In this document: positions 29,982 through 39,775 of the stretch, piece after piece
Position numbering within the stretch: position 1 is the stretch's first letter
Layout: each line of letters opens with the position of its first letter
Source: Bdellovibrionales bacterium
Lineage (GTDB): Bacteria > Bdellovibrionota > Bdellovibrionia > Bdellovibrionales > UBA1609
Assembly (NCBI GenBank): GCA_965200875.1
Contig: OZ241456.1
Span: 1,440,001 to 1,504,000, forward strand
DNA length: 64,000 nt
Reading direction: 5' to 3'
Program-made: the position numbers and the translations under genes
The notes under the pieces: model-generated
Database searches by the model: none
Told to the model about the DNA's origin: nothing
Seen by the model: only the letters and a program-made list of their open reading frames with translations

Positions 29982-30626
29982 TTACATCCATCGGGTAATA
30001 ATTCCAATAACAAAATAGGATGCAGTGGCTTTAGTGATATCCGTGCTAAATTCAAGATTAAGTTCAAACTTGTGAAAATGGATAAAAAAAAGTTCTCCTC
30101 TAATTCCAACAGTAAATCTAAAGGGAAATTGCACTTTGGAAAAGTTTTTTATTCTGATACTACTAGGAAAAGCCAGATAAGGGATAAATGTTCCAACAGC
30201 TGTTCCAAATTCTTTACTGATGAGGGGACGTAAATGAAGGCTAATATAGTGAGTGGTTTTGTTGAAGTAGTTATATGACATTCCTGCAGAAGTTCCCAAG
30301 GCCGGTTGATATTTATAGTCAGGGAATGGCACCCATTTTAAGTGAGCACCCATTATGCCTCCTGAGCTTCCTCCCCCAAGAAGATACCTGATATTTATGT
30401 CTTTTCGGTGCGAGAATCCTTCATCAAGTTGAGCTATGACATTAATATCCAAACCTTTCTCTGCAGAAATCAGCTGAGTGTGCAGTGATATTTCATTCTT
30501 TCCTTTACGAAGAAGTTTACCACTATCCACAAAAGGAACAAGTGCAAAAGCGTGCCCGCTTAAGAACACACAAAGCAAAACTCCCACCCACTTGTAAAGT
30601 TGACTAAAATATAACTTATTCTTCAT
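29982..30626 (-). CDS. Exported hypothetical protein, probable outer-membrane beta-barrel
   Basis: Signal peptide ending AFA; amphipathic beta-strand pattern. Confidence 0.7.
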   Translation of the reverse strand: MKNKLYFSQLYKWVGVLLCVFLSGHAFALVPFVDSGKLLRKGKNEISLHTQLISAEKGLDINVIAQLDEGFSHRKDINIRYLLGGGSSGGIMGAHLKWVPFPDYKYQPALGTSAGMSYNYFNKTTHYISLHLRPLISKEFGTAVGTFIPYLAFPSSIRIKNFSKVQFPFRFTVGIRGELFFIHFHKFELNLEFSTDITKATASYFVIGIITRWM

Positions 30627-30804
30627 GTTCTTCCTGCTGGTTTAATCATTTTTTCCAAGGGAACAAAAATAACGATTACTTTTAACTCATATCCATCTTG
30701 GCCTTAAAAAGCTGATATTGCAAATCATTTGCCAAGGAAATCTATATTTTTTTAAAGGAAGTTGTGATTTTTTAATGCCTAGTGTATAAATTTATATTAT
30801 ATAT

Positions 30805-30881
30805 GGCGGTCGTAGCTCAGTCGGTAGAGCTCCAGATTGTGGATCTGGCTGTCGCGGGTTCAAGTCCCGTCGATCGCCCCA
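30805..30881 (+). tRNA. tRNA-His(GTG)
   Basis: G-1 present; CCAGA-TT-GTG-GA-TCTGG anticodon arm; GGTTCAAGTCC T-arm; CCA end. Confidence 0.96.
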
Positions 30882-30915
30882 TATATTTTATTTGAAATCA
30901 GTGGGGGATTCAGGC

Positions 30916-32730
30916 TTACATTTTTCTGTAATTAGGACCTGCTCCACCTTCTTTAGGTGTCCAGCGTGGACCTAAAATATCTGTAGCTTTGCAATCCACA
31001 CAATTAGGAGCATTGATGAGCAAATTGCCTTGTTTTCTGTCATAAACCCCAGCAGGACAAAGGCGCGTGTAAAACTCCTGTACTTCTGCCGGCAAATCCA
31101 CTTTGGCTTTTAGATGGGGTGGGATATCGTCTCTGGTTTTGTTGCCTGATAAATAAACTCCCTCTGTTTTGCTTAATGTGTTTTGTGTCTGGCCTGAAGA
31201 AGTACCTCTTTCGGGAGATTTACTTCCTGTTGAAGCTTTTATGGCCAAAGGGGGTTTTCCCTCCGGTGCTTTGCGGGTTTTGAATTTTTCCTCGTCTAGA
31301 TGTAGTTTGTGTTTGTAATCTCCTGGAAAAGCTCCTTTGGTTAAAAACATTATGCCGGATTTTATTAATCCAAAAAAAATATTTTTTTCAAAAGCCTGTC
31401 GAACATTCCTGACAGGATACAGCTCTTTGCCGATACAACTTTTTTGTTTTACCTGTTCATCATAAATTTTTAAAGTGTTGCTTGAAAAATCATCTGCCTT
31501 AAGAGCAGAAAATGCGGTCTTCGCGCTTAAAAGTCCAGCTGTCATGGCGTAGTGGATTCCTTTAAGAGCTGGTACATTCACCATACTGCCAGCATCCCCC
31601 GCAATCAACAAACCATGATCATGCAGATGTTTCGGCATACTGTGATAACCTCCTTCAGGAATGGTTTTGGCACCCCACTCTATACATTTCCCTTTCTTAA
31701 GGATCTGTTTGAAAACAGGATGACTTTTCAGTTCTTGTAATTTGCTGTGCACATCCAGATTTTGCAAAGGAGAGTCCAGCCCCGCCACCAACCCAAGCGA
31801 TATAAGGTTTTCTCCAAGGGGATACATCCAAGTTCCACCAAAACAATCTAGTGGTAAAGGCCACCCCATTGTGTGCCATATTTCATGTTCCCGGTTTGCC
31901 GTTGCTGAAGGAGGCACTTCCCATATTTCCTTTACTCCCAAGGCGTAAGTTTGTGGGTACTTGGAAGAAATTTTTTTCCATTTCATCCAAGCTTGCGAAA
32001 GATGCCCGCGTGAACCATCCGCCAACACAGTTAACTTAGAGCGAATAAAAACAGGTTCCTGATAGGCAGAAGAAGGGGAACCATCTCTATTAAGACCAGC
32101 CGGAAAAGTACTAACCCCTCTTACGAGGTCGTTTTCCGTAAGCAATTCATTAGCAGTAAAAGAAGTGAATAGGGTAATATCCAATTCTTCCGCTTTTTCT
32201 GACATCCATCTTAAAACTTCACATAAAGAAGCTGTGTAAAAATTTTTATTTTTCATGGCAGGTGGCAGAGGAAGAGGATAAGAGTTTTGGGCAGTCAGAT
32301 AAAACAATTTTTCTTTTTCCACTTTTTGCCGAAAAGGCAGGTCTGACATTGGCATATTGGGAAATAACTGCTTAAAAACCACTGGGTTGATGACAGCACC
32401 AGAAAGAGAATGTCCACCGATACGGCTCGCTTTTTCCATCACTCCAATTTGAATATCAGGGTATTCTTTTTGACAAAGTTGTTTTAAGTGAATAGCACCA
32501 CTCAGACCAGCTGGCCCTCCCCCCACGAACAACACATCCATATCCATAATGGCAGAGGCAGATGGAGCAGAAGAAAGAGGTCTGATTTTGGATGACCAGT
32601 CAAACTGCTCCTGATATTTCTTAGGCTGAAAGGGTTTACCTAGTACTGTATTTGTGCTGGCACTGTTATCAGCTTGATTTTTGATATCAGTTTGGCTGAT
32701 TTCATTGGAGGTTTCAGAAGAAAAGGACAT
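30916..32730 (-). CDS. Electron transfer flavoprotein-ubiquinone oxidoreductase
   Basis: VGGGPAGL, SLSGAV, LGVKEIW, KTIPEGG, KGIH, CPAGVY, NCVDCK and EGGAGPNY motifs. Confidence 0.93.
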   Translation of the reverse strand: MSFSSETSNEISQTDIKNQADNSASTNTVLGKPFQPKKYQEQFDWSSKIRPLSSAPSASAIMDMDVLFVGGGPAGLSGAIHLKQLCQKEYPDIQIGVMEKASRIGGHSLSGAVINPVVFKQLFPNMPMSDLPFRQKVEKEKLFYLTAQNSYPLPLPPAMKNKNFYTASLCEVLRWMSEKAEELDITLFTSFTANELLTENDLVRGVSTFPAGLNRDGSPSSAYQEPVFIRSKLTVLADGSRGHLSQAWMKWKKISSKYPQTYALGVKEIWEVPPSATANREHEIWHTMGWPLPLDCFGGTWMYPLGENLISLGLVAGLDSPLQNLDVHSKLQELKSHPVFKQILKKGKCIEWGAKTIPEGGYHSMPKHLHDHGLLIAGDAGSMVNVPALKGIHYAMTAGLLSAKTAFSALKADDFSSNTLKIYDEQVKQKSCIGKELYPVRNVRQAFEKNIFFGLIKSGIMFLTKGAFPGDYKHKLHLDEEKFKTRKAPEGKPPLAIKASTGSKSPERGTSSGQTQNTLSKTEGVYLSGNKTRDDIPPHLKAKVDLPAEVQEFYTRLCPAGVYDRKQGNLLINAPNCVDCKATDILGPRWTPKEGGAGPNYRKM

Positions 32731-32766
32731 ATTATTCAGTTACCTACGAAGAAGTTTTTAATACAC

Positions 32767-32807
32767 TACTTGGTTTTTTATAAAAGGTTCAAAAAATAAT
32801 TGCAAGG
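32767..32807 (-). promoter_or_regulatory. Dispersed repeat copy D, probably the sigma-70 promoter of ETF-QO
   Basis: Reverse complement ccTTGCAA-N17-TATAAAaaaccaagta, ~45 nt upstream of the ATG at 32730. Confidence 0.65.
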
Positions 32808-32884
32808 AAAATTATTAAATGTTTTATTTTTTCCGGGAAAATAATTGCTCCTGAACAAAAGATAACATATTGTGATCACTTGAT

Positions 32885-33472
32885 TTATCGCTCACGAATA
32901 TAATTTTCTAAAGCTCTTTGAACAGTCGGCGACAATTCTTGTAACTCCTGAAAGCTCAAGTTTTCATGTTCCGCCACTGTAATGTTGAACAGATGTTTTT
33001 TATTTTGTATTTCCCTAGGTAACACCCCTTGGTTTAATAACAAGCGAAACTCAAACATAAACTGCAATGTGTTCAAATGCTTTGAAGTTTCAAGAGCTGT
33101 CAGACCGTTACCCAAGAGGTTAAATAAGTCAGCACTGTCTTCCACTCCCTCCTGCCCTATTTTTTCCGCCAGATAAAGAAAATGCAGAGCCATCTTTAAA
33201 CGATCATAATCTTTTCTTAAACCTTCAAAGCACTTTAAAAACCAAGCCTGGCGCAGGAAATACAAAGAAGAGTTAGTGGATTTTTTGTATTCCACACCAA
33301 TAAAATGTCCAGGCTCCAACATTCCCCCCGTAAATCTTTTTTTACTTTTAACCGCTCCTTTGGCGATAAAGGAAACAAGCGCGCCTTTTTGATTTAAAGC
33401 TCGTATAATTAAATCGGATTCCCCAAAGCGAGTTTGTTTTAAAATGATCACTTTATCTTTATTAATGGACAC
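32885..33472 (-). CDS. recO: DNA repair protein RecO
   Basis: IILK..FGESDLI...AKGAVKSKKRF..LEP; GTG start with SD AAGGAG. Confidence 0.9.
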   Translation of the reverse strand: MSINKDKVIILKQTRFGESDLIIRALNQKGALVSFIAKGAVKSKKRFTGGMLEPGHFIGVEYKKSTNSSLYFLRQAWFLKCFEGLRKDYDRLKMALHFLYLAEKIGQEGVEDSADLFNLLGNGLTALETSKHLNTLQFMFEFRLLLNQGVLPREIQNKKHLFNITVAEHENLSFQELQELSPTVQRALENYIRER

Positions 33473-35262
33473 AAAAGCTCCTTGGAAACAAGAAAAATTG
33501 TTAAAATCAAACATACCCATAAAAACACAGGATTAATATAATAACCCCAAGAGATAAATACACTGGACGGTTTTTTATCCTGGGAATAAACAGAAACTTC
33601 TTTAATCTGACTCCAGTTTTTGCCCAGAGTCTCGGAGATGAATATATCCCCTTTTGCAGAAACTACGGCAGATAAACCAGAGTTAGTTCCGCGAATCAAA
33701 GATCTGCGAACTTCTATAGCCCTACTTAAAGTCATGTACAAATGTTGATAAGGCTCCTGCCAGTTTCCAAACCAGGCATCATTGGAAACATTGACTAAAA
33801 TATCAGCACCTTTCTTTACTATTTCCCGCGAAAACCCATCAAACAAACCCTCATAACAAATTTGAAAACCCAAGTTATATTTATCAAGCCGTACAATCTT
33901 GTTTTCTCCAGTGCCAGGGCTGTAAAATCTGCTTTCTCCAAATAACCATTTATCTATAAAAGGAAACCAGTTTGCTCCTGGTGTGTATTCTCCAAAAGGC
34001 AAAAGCAAAGTTTTATTATAAGGGCTTTCGACGAGCCTGCCATCTTTATGAAAAACAAAAACGGAATTGGTGTATACCACACTTGATGAATTGTCTGCGG
34101 ATTTGTCTTTTGTGTTATCAGTCGAATAGTCAATCAAGTTCCCTAAAGTGTTTACTCCTTTGGCAGATATTATCAGAGGCACATTAAAAATACTGATCCT
34201 CTTTTGTACAGGATCCTGTTCTTTTTTCACTTTTGATACATCAATCCCGTATGGGTAAGCCCCTTCCGGCCATAAAATAAAATTGATTTTTTGATTTGGC
34301 AGGAGTGTGTGTGTTTTCTCCGTAAATGCTGTATTATTCTGCAAACCCACAACAGGTTCAGTGGTTAAAAAGTGCTTTGAAGTTTCCCGCAATACTTGTG
34401 ATAAGATATAATTATTATATTTTTCATCTTCCTGAATTTTATTTTTAATATTTGGTTGAACCATCAATACCTGAATTGTCTGATCAGGTTCAGGTAAGCG
34501 GTTTTTTAAATAAAGGCCATAAAAATTCAATGCTCCAAAAACCAAAGCCAAGAGCACCAAACTGTACAAAGTGGATTTCTTTAATTGCAGATATTGCATA
34601 AATATATATAAAAAAATCAGATTGAATAATAATATTAAGGTGTTCAAAAATTTGAAGCCCCATATTTCTGCGGTTTGACTGATCGGTAATTTTGCGTAAA
34701 ATAAAGTATATCCCAAGTGCCACTCAAATATCATGGGATAATACTCCGTACATAAAGCCAAATAAAGTGGGAGAAAAATTATACACGAGAGTCGCCCGGG
34801 AAAAAACCTGCATCCCACTCCTATGGATGAGCGATTTGTTTCTTCAACCCTAGTTTTGCGTGCTGTTGAGGACCAAAAAACTGGAAATTGCCAGCAGGAA
34901 GAAAGTATTTTTCGGAATATAAAATACAAAAAAAGGGAAAGGGGAATATGTAGATTAGCAATACTAGCAAAAAACAGGAACAAAAAAAAAGTATGTGGCC
35001 AAAAAGGAAACCCCATCTCCTGAAGAGCAAACGCCACCCAGTTGAATCCGATAAGTGTGACAACAAATTGACAAATCCAACCTCCTGTTATTAAGGGTTT
35101 TAATTTTTCCTGTTTTAAGGCGAAAAACCAAAGAGGGACATAACAAAAAAATACAGCCCAAGGAGGAAAAGGAATATAGCTTGTTCCTATTAACACCCCT
35201 GAAAGTAAAGGCCCTAGGAGATAATCACGAAGAGATTTTTTTTTCAATCTGCCCTGCCACAA
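33448..35262 (-). CDS. lnt: Apolipoprotein N-acyltransferase (start approximate)
   Basis: VQPNI, WPEGA, YNK..LLPFGEY, ICYE, VNVSNDAWFG and NSGLSA motifs. Confidence 0.93.
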   Translation of the reverse strand: MWQGRLKKKSLRDYLLGPLLSGVLIGTSYIPFPPWAVFFCYVPLWFFALKQEKLKPLITGGWICQFVVTLIGFNWVAFALQEMGFPFWPHTFFLFLFFASIANLHIPLSLFLYFIFRKILSSCWQFPVFWSSTARKTRVEETNRSSIGVGCRFFPGRLSCIIFLPLYLALCTEYYPMIFEWHLGYTLFYAKLPISQTAEIWGFKFLNTLILLFNLIFLYIFMQYLQLKKSTLYSLVLLALVFGALNFYGLYLKNRLPEPDQTIQVLMVQPNIKNKIQEDEKYNNYILSQVLRETSKHFLTTEPVVGLQNNTAFTEKTHTLLPNQKINFILWPEGAYPYGIDVSKVKKEQDPVQKRISIFNVPLIISAKGVNTLGNLIDYSTDNTKDKSADNSSSVVYTNSVFVFHKDGRLVESPYNKTLLLPFGEYTPGANWFPFIDKWLFGESRFYSPGTGENKIVRLDKYNLGFQICYEGLFDGFSREIVKKGADILVNVSNDAWFGNWQEPYQHLYMTLSRAIEVRRSLIRGTNSGLSAVVSAKGDIFISETLGKNWSQIKEVSVYSQDKKPSSVFISWGYYINPVFLWVCLILTIFLVSKELLCPLIKIK

Positions 35263-35263
35263 T

Positions 35264-35788
35264 TTATATGCCAGCTTGATGTCTTTCTTTATCGTCCACA
35301 CGAGATAAAACCCCACCTTTAAGGCTTTCTCTCTGGGCTAGGTATTTTATATCGTAAGTGAAAGGCGCGCCGTTAATGCCGGCAGTTTGCCACTCAGGCC
35401 CCATGCGAATCGCATCCACCGGGCAAGCTTCTTCACAAAATCCACAAAACACACAGCGCAAAATATCAATCTCGTACGCAATAGGATATTTTTCCACCTC
35501 TGGATCTTCGTGTTCGCTGGCCAGAATTTTGATGCAGTTGGCAGGGCAGTTTGTAGCGCATAACATACAGGCTGTGCATCGAAGAGAACCATCTTTTTTT
35601 ACAGTCAGAATGTGATTGCCTTTAAACCGGGGGCCATAAGAATAATGCTCTTCTGGATAATTTAAGGTGAGCATTTTGTTTTTTCCGAACAAATTGGAAA
35701 ACATTTTTTTGAAAGTAAAAGCTAACCCTTTCAATATCGCTGGAAGATACCACACGGTTGAGCTTTGTTTTCTCTGAACACGGCTCAT
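35264..35788 (-). CDS. nuoI: NADH-quinone oxidoreductase subunit I
   Basis: CTACMLCATNCP and CVFCGFCEEACP 4Fe-4S motifs. Confidence 0.95.
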   Translation of the reverse strand: MSRVQRKQSSTVWYLPAILKGLAFTFKKMFSNLFGKNKMLTLNYPEEHYSYGPRFKGNHILTVKKDGSLRCTACMLCATNCPANCIKILASEHEDPEVEKYPIAYEIDILRCVFCGFCEEACPVDAIRMGPEWQTAGINGAPFTYDIKYLAQRESLKGGVLSRVDDKERHQAGI

Positions 35789-37476
35789 AAAGATTTTTTC
35801 CTTTCAGTAAAATAATTTACTTTCATGGTGCTTAAAAAAGCCGGTTCTGATTGTATCAATTTTTCTTCTTTGAAAACAGTTACAGACTCAGAAAGAGAGA
35901 GAGCGGAAGATACAAACACCTGAACAGCTTTTACCTTTTGTTTAATGCCAGAGAAATTTATGTAAGTTCCGGGTTTTTCAATACAGGTTTTTACAGGAAT
36001 CTGCCAAGTTTTTCGCAAATCAGAATCCGGAAGGGGATGAGCTGTCCACCAGATAATATTTTTACAACTCTTTTCAAAAGATTCCATTTTTTCTTTCAAA
36101 TCAGGATAAACTTGCTGGTTTTCCGGACCAGCCACCCAGAGAATGTCTATTTCTCTTTTTTTCAGCTGATCCAACAAATTTTCCAAAGGGTTAAGAGCTT
36201 CTTTTGCCTGTAAGACTTGTAATAATCCTTTGGTGTTGGGGTTTTTATCCCCTCGCAAAAGCAAGCCATCAAAATTATCAAAACTCTCAGGATTGTTTTT
36301 CCAATGATAAATGGAATTTTTTGTGCCTAAAAAATCCAGGAAAAAAGCTATTAAGTCTTCAAACTCCTCTGTAGTGTATTGAGCAGTTAGTATCAAGGCG
36401 TGGCTATAGCTTTTTTGATTTTTCCTTTCTATAAAAAGCTTTTTTATTCTTTTTAGAAAATCAACAGTGTGTTTTTTTTCAGCGGAGTTAAATAAAGGAT
36501 TTTTCGTACCCCCACCTAGGAAAGATTTTGACGAAGTTGACTGGCCGGTTTCAAAGCCTTGGTTCTGTGTATTCACTGGTAATGGAGTGCTACAATTTTG
36601 ATCGGAATTTTTATTTTCCATTGAAGGCTCAAGTGCCTGCAATAACCTCCCCTCTTTATTGGAAAGACCATATAATTCCCGGCCTTTGTCGCACATCCAG
36701 TGCCCGTTTACCTCCTGATTATAGCGAGGCTTTACTCTAAAAACACCCTCTTCGTTATAGTCTATTGTGATATTGCACCCTGTAGAGCAACCTGAACATA
36801 TCATATCCGCAGTCTTCAGGTACCACACTCTTTGACGAAAACGAAAACCTTTTGAGGTCAGAGCACCGACCGGACAAATATCCACTGTGTTTTCCGCATA
36901 ATCGTTTTCCAGAGGTTTGTCTTGAAAAACTCCTATTTCACTTTTGTCTCCCCGGTTGAAAATTCCCAGTTCAAAGGTCTTGCTCACTTCATCTGTAAAA
37001 CGCACGCACCGAGAACAGAGAATACATCTTTCCGAGTCCAACACAATTTTTGAACCCAGATCAATTACTTTTCTTTTCTTGACTTTTCTTTCGGCCATGT
37101 TGGGGCTATATTGCCCAAAACGCATATATTGCTCCTGTAATTCACATTCGCCGGCTTGATCACATATAGGACAGTCCAAGGGATGATTGACAAGATGAAA
37201 TTCCAACCCCCATCTAACGGCGGATTTTACTTTTTCCGATTGGTTACTGATCTTCATGCCTGCTTTTATTTCCGTGTTACAAGCAATTTGCAACTTGGGC
37301 GTGCCTTCAATTTCCACCATGCAAAGCCGACACACTCCAGCCACAGAAAGCCCAGGATGCCAACAGTAATGAGCAATCGGCTGATCCAGATTTTTGAAAG
37401 CTTGAATGATGCTGGTTCCTTCCTTCACTTCCACTTGCTGGTTGTTAATTTCACATTTTATTATTTTATCAGACAT
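35785..37476 (-). CDS. nuoG: NADH-quinone oxidoreductase subunit G (short form; start 37476-37521)
   Basis: CWHPGLSVAGVCRLCMVE, HPLDCPICDQAGECELQ, RCILCSRCVRF and CPVGAL motifs. Confidence 0.93.
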   Translation of the reverse strand: MSDKIIKCEINNQQVEVKEGTSIIQAFKNLDQPIAHYCWHPGLSVAGVCRLCMVEIEGTPKLQIACNTEIKAGMKISNQSEKVKSAVRWGLEFHLVNHPLDCPICDQAGECELQEQYMRFGQYSPNMAERKVKKRKVIDLGSKIVLDSERCILCSRCVRFTDEVSKTFELGIFNRGDKSEIGVFQDKPLENDYAENTVDICPVGALTSKGFRFRQRVWYLKTADMICSGCSTGCNITIDYNEEGVFRVKPRYNQEVNGHWMCDKGRELYGLSNKEGRLLQALEPSMENKNSDQNCSTPLPVNTQNQGFETGQSTSSKSFLGGGTKNPLFNSAEKKHTVDFLKRIKKLFIERKNQKSYSHALILTAQYTTEEFEDLIAFFLDFLGTKNSIYHWKNNPESFDNFDGLLLRGDKNPNTKGLLQVLQAKEALNPLENLLDQLKKREIDILWVAGPENQQVYPDLKEKMESFEKSCKNIIWWTAHPLPDSDLRKTWQIPVKTCIEKPGTYINFSGIKQKVKAVQVFVSSALSLSESVTVFKEEKLIQSEPAFLSTMKVNYFTERKKSL

Positions 37477-37513
37477 GAATGTTCCCGACATTTTTCCCAT
37501 TAATTGGCTATGA

Positions 37514-37798
37514 TTACGCAACTTTTTTTAACAAATTCCATTTGTTTTTCAAAAACTCTTTTTCTTTTTCCAATTCACACAGCTGAGCTTTCATTTCATT
37601 CCATTCTTTGTATTTTTTGTTGGCTCTGAAAAAATATTTTCTATCTCCTGTTTGTTTGTAAAGTCGCCAGTCATTATCCGCTAACTTTTCTTTTCCTTCA
37701 ATATTTTCTTTCCATCTTTTAATTTCCACTCCCAAATCTTCAATTTCCTTTATTAACTGTTTTCTTTCTTTTTTGGATTGTCTTGTACTATCGAACAT
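37514..37798 (-). CDS. Small charged helical hypothetical protein between nuoF and nuoG
   Basis: SD AAAGGAG upstream of ATG 37798; 94 aa. Confidence 0.75.
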   Translation of the reverse strand: MFDSTRQSKKERKQLIKEIEDLGVEIKRWKENIEGKEKLADNDWRLYKQTGDRKYFFRANKKYKEWNEMKAQLCELEKEKEFLKNKWNLLKKVA

Positions 37799-37862
37799 AA
37801 ATTCTCCTTTCGTTTTTACAGAAGTTTGCCACCACAAGTGGACTGGAATCAAACCTGAAGAA

Positions 37863-37891
37863 AGTATAAAGCCACCCAGTAAAAATTACAA
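37863..37891 (-). promoter_or_regulatory. Internal sigma-70 promoter inside the nuo cluster
   Basis: TTGTAA-N17-TATACT on the minus strand. Confidence 0.6.
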
Positions 37892-37943
37892 CCATAAAGA
37901 TAATAACTTGCTAAAGAAGGCTTTATTCAAGCTGGTAAAAAAA

Positions 37944-39212
37944 TCATAAGGCCGGGCGGAGGCTTTGTTGACTTCTTATATGAGATTCAAACTCATCCCA
38001 AAATTTATTGACAAAGCTTAAGGCTGGGAGTGCCGCCGCATCTGAAAGAGCACATATTGTTTTTCCCATCATGTTTTCCGCAATGCCTTGAATCAACTTT
38101 AAATCCTGTATTCGGCCCCTGCCGTTTAAAATATCGTCAATAACTTTGGAAAGCCAACCGGTCCCCTCCCGACAAGGGGTGCATTGACCACAAGATTCAT
38201 GGTGATAAAATTTTTCAATAACGGAAAGCATATCCACCATAGAGCAAGAATCATCCATTACAATCACCGCACCTGAGCCAAGCATACTGCCCATCTCACT
38301 TAAACATTCAAAATCCATAAGGGCTTTTTCACATTCTTCAGCTGTCAGAACAGGAGCGGAAGAACCACCCGGAATAACCGCTTTCAGTGTGCGACCTTCT
38401 TTCAACCCGCCGGCGAGCTTAATCAGATCTTTTAAAGGGTAGCCTAGAGGCACTTCGTAATTTCCGGGTTTCCTCACGCATCCACTTACGGAAAAAAACT
38501 TGGTTCCTGGAGATTTTTCCGTTCCAATGGAGCGAAAAGCTTTTACTCCATCTCGTGCGATTGCCACCACCGCAGTCAGGGTTTCCACATTGTTTACGAT
38601 AGTGGGTTTTTCCAAATAACCCTTTACAGCCGGAAAAGGAGGTTTGAGCTTGGGTTGGCCTTTTTTGCCTTCTAAGGAGGAGATCATACCAGTTTCCTCT
38701 CCACAAATATATGCACCAGCTCCTACATAAATATCCATGTCATGGTGAAAACCAGTACTGCAAATATTTTTACCCAAGTAACCTGCAGAGTAAGACTCTT
38801 GAATGGCTTTTTCCAAAATGCGAATACAATTCTGATATTCTCCTCGAACATATATGTAGGATTTAGGGGATTGAATGGCATAAGCGGAAATAAGCATTCC
38901 TTCAATCATCTGATGAGGTGCTCTTTCCATAATCAGGCGATCTTTAAAAGTGCCTGGTTCGCCTTCATCCGCGTTGCAAAGGAGATACCGAGTCTCCCCA
39001 TTATCAGGCAAAAACCCCCACTTTACTCCTGTGGGAAAACCCGCCCCGCCACGACCTCTTAATCCTGAGTCCTTTACCATTTGGATAATCTCATCTGGTT
39101 TTTTTTCAGCAAAAACCGCCTTAAGAGTTTTATAGCCTCCAAAGGACTTATATCCTTCAAGGGATGAATATTCATCTTTATAATAGTGCTCACTTAACAG
39201 CTTATGTTCCAT
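37944..39212 (-). CDS. nuoF: NADH-quinone oxidoreductase subunit F
   Basis: GLRGRGGAGFPTG, NADEGEPGTFKD, GAYICGEET and ESCGQCTPCREG motifs. Confidence 0.97.
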   Translation of the reverse strand: MEHKLLSEHYYKDEYSSLEGYKSFGGYKTLKAVFAEKKPDEIIQMVKDSGLRGRGGAGFPTGVKWGFLPDNGETRYLLCNADEGEPGTFKDRLIMERAPHQMIEGMLISAYAIQSPKSYIYVRGEYQNCIRILEKAIQESYSAGYLGKNICSTGFHHDMDIYVGAGAYICGEETGMISSLEGKKGQPKLKPPFPAVKGYLEKPTIVNNVETLTAVVAIARDGVKAFRSIGTEKSPGTKFFSVSGCVRKPGNYEVPLGYPLKDLIKLAGGLKEGRTLKAVIPGGSSAPVLTAEECEKALMDFECLSEMGSMLGSGAVIVMDDSCSMVDMLSVIEKFYHHESCGQCTPCREGTGWLSKVIDDILNGRGRIQDLKLIQGIAENMMGKTICALSDAAALPALSFVNKFWDEFESHIRSQQSLRPAL

Positions 39213-39226
39213 ATTGATACCTCTTT

Positions 39227-39754
39227 TTATCCCGTTGATTCTTTTTTGTCCGGGGTTTGCGGAATCAGCTTGTTTATTTCCTCCACCACGGTCTCTTTTT
39301 TTAAAGGGCCAATGTATTTATCGTTCACCTGGGCCATAGGGGCTATGTCACAAGCTCCAAGACATTCCACCCGGTTTATGGTCACCATGCCATCCGCGCT
39401 CATCTCCCCTTCTTTTACCTTAAAACTTTCACATAAGTGTTCTGCCAGCTCCCGGCCTCCGTTTATGGCGCAGGAAAGATTGCAACATACCTGAATATGG
39501 AGTTTCCCCACAGGATGAGTGTTATACATGGTATAAAAGGAAAGAGCTTCGTTAATATATGCTGTGGGAATATCCATCACTTGGCTTAAGTGGGAAATAG
39601 CCTCCGGCGAAACCCAACCTCCGTTTTCCTTTTGCACCCGATAAAGACAGGGTAAAACAGCCGATCGTTTGGTTTCGTAGCGAGTGATTTCTTTTTTTAC
39701 AAAAGCCAGCCCTTCTTCCGATAACTGAAACTTTTTTTTCGCAGATTCTTTCAT
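39227..39754 (-). CDS. nuoE: NADH-quinone oxidoreductase subunit E
   Basis: SFYTMY, VCCNLSC and ECLGAC motifs. Confidence 0.95.
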   Translation of the reverse strand: MKESAKKKFQLSEEGLAFVKKEITRYETKRSAVLPCLYRVQKENGGWVSPEAISHLSQVMDIPTAYINEALSFYTMYNTHPVGKLHIQVCCNLSCAINGGRELAEHLCESFKVKEGEMSADGMVTINRVECLGACDIAPMAQVNDKYIGPLKKETVVEEINKLIPQTPDKKESTG

Positions 39755-39775
39755 ATACTATCATTCCTGATTTTA

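Noticed and set aside
29831..30881. tRNA-anchored integrative element
   Set aside because: No integrase and no duplicated tRNA 3' end seen; the flanking genes are housekeeping.
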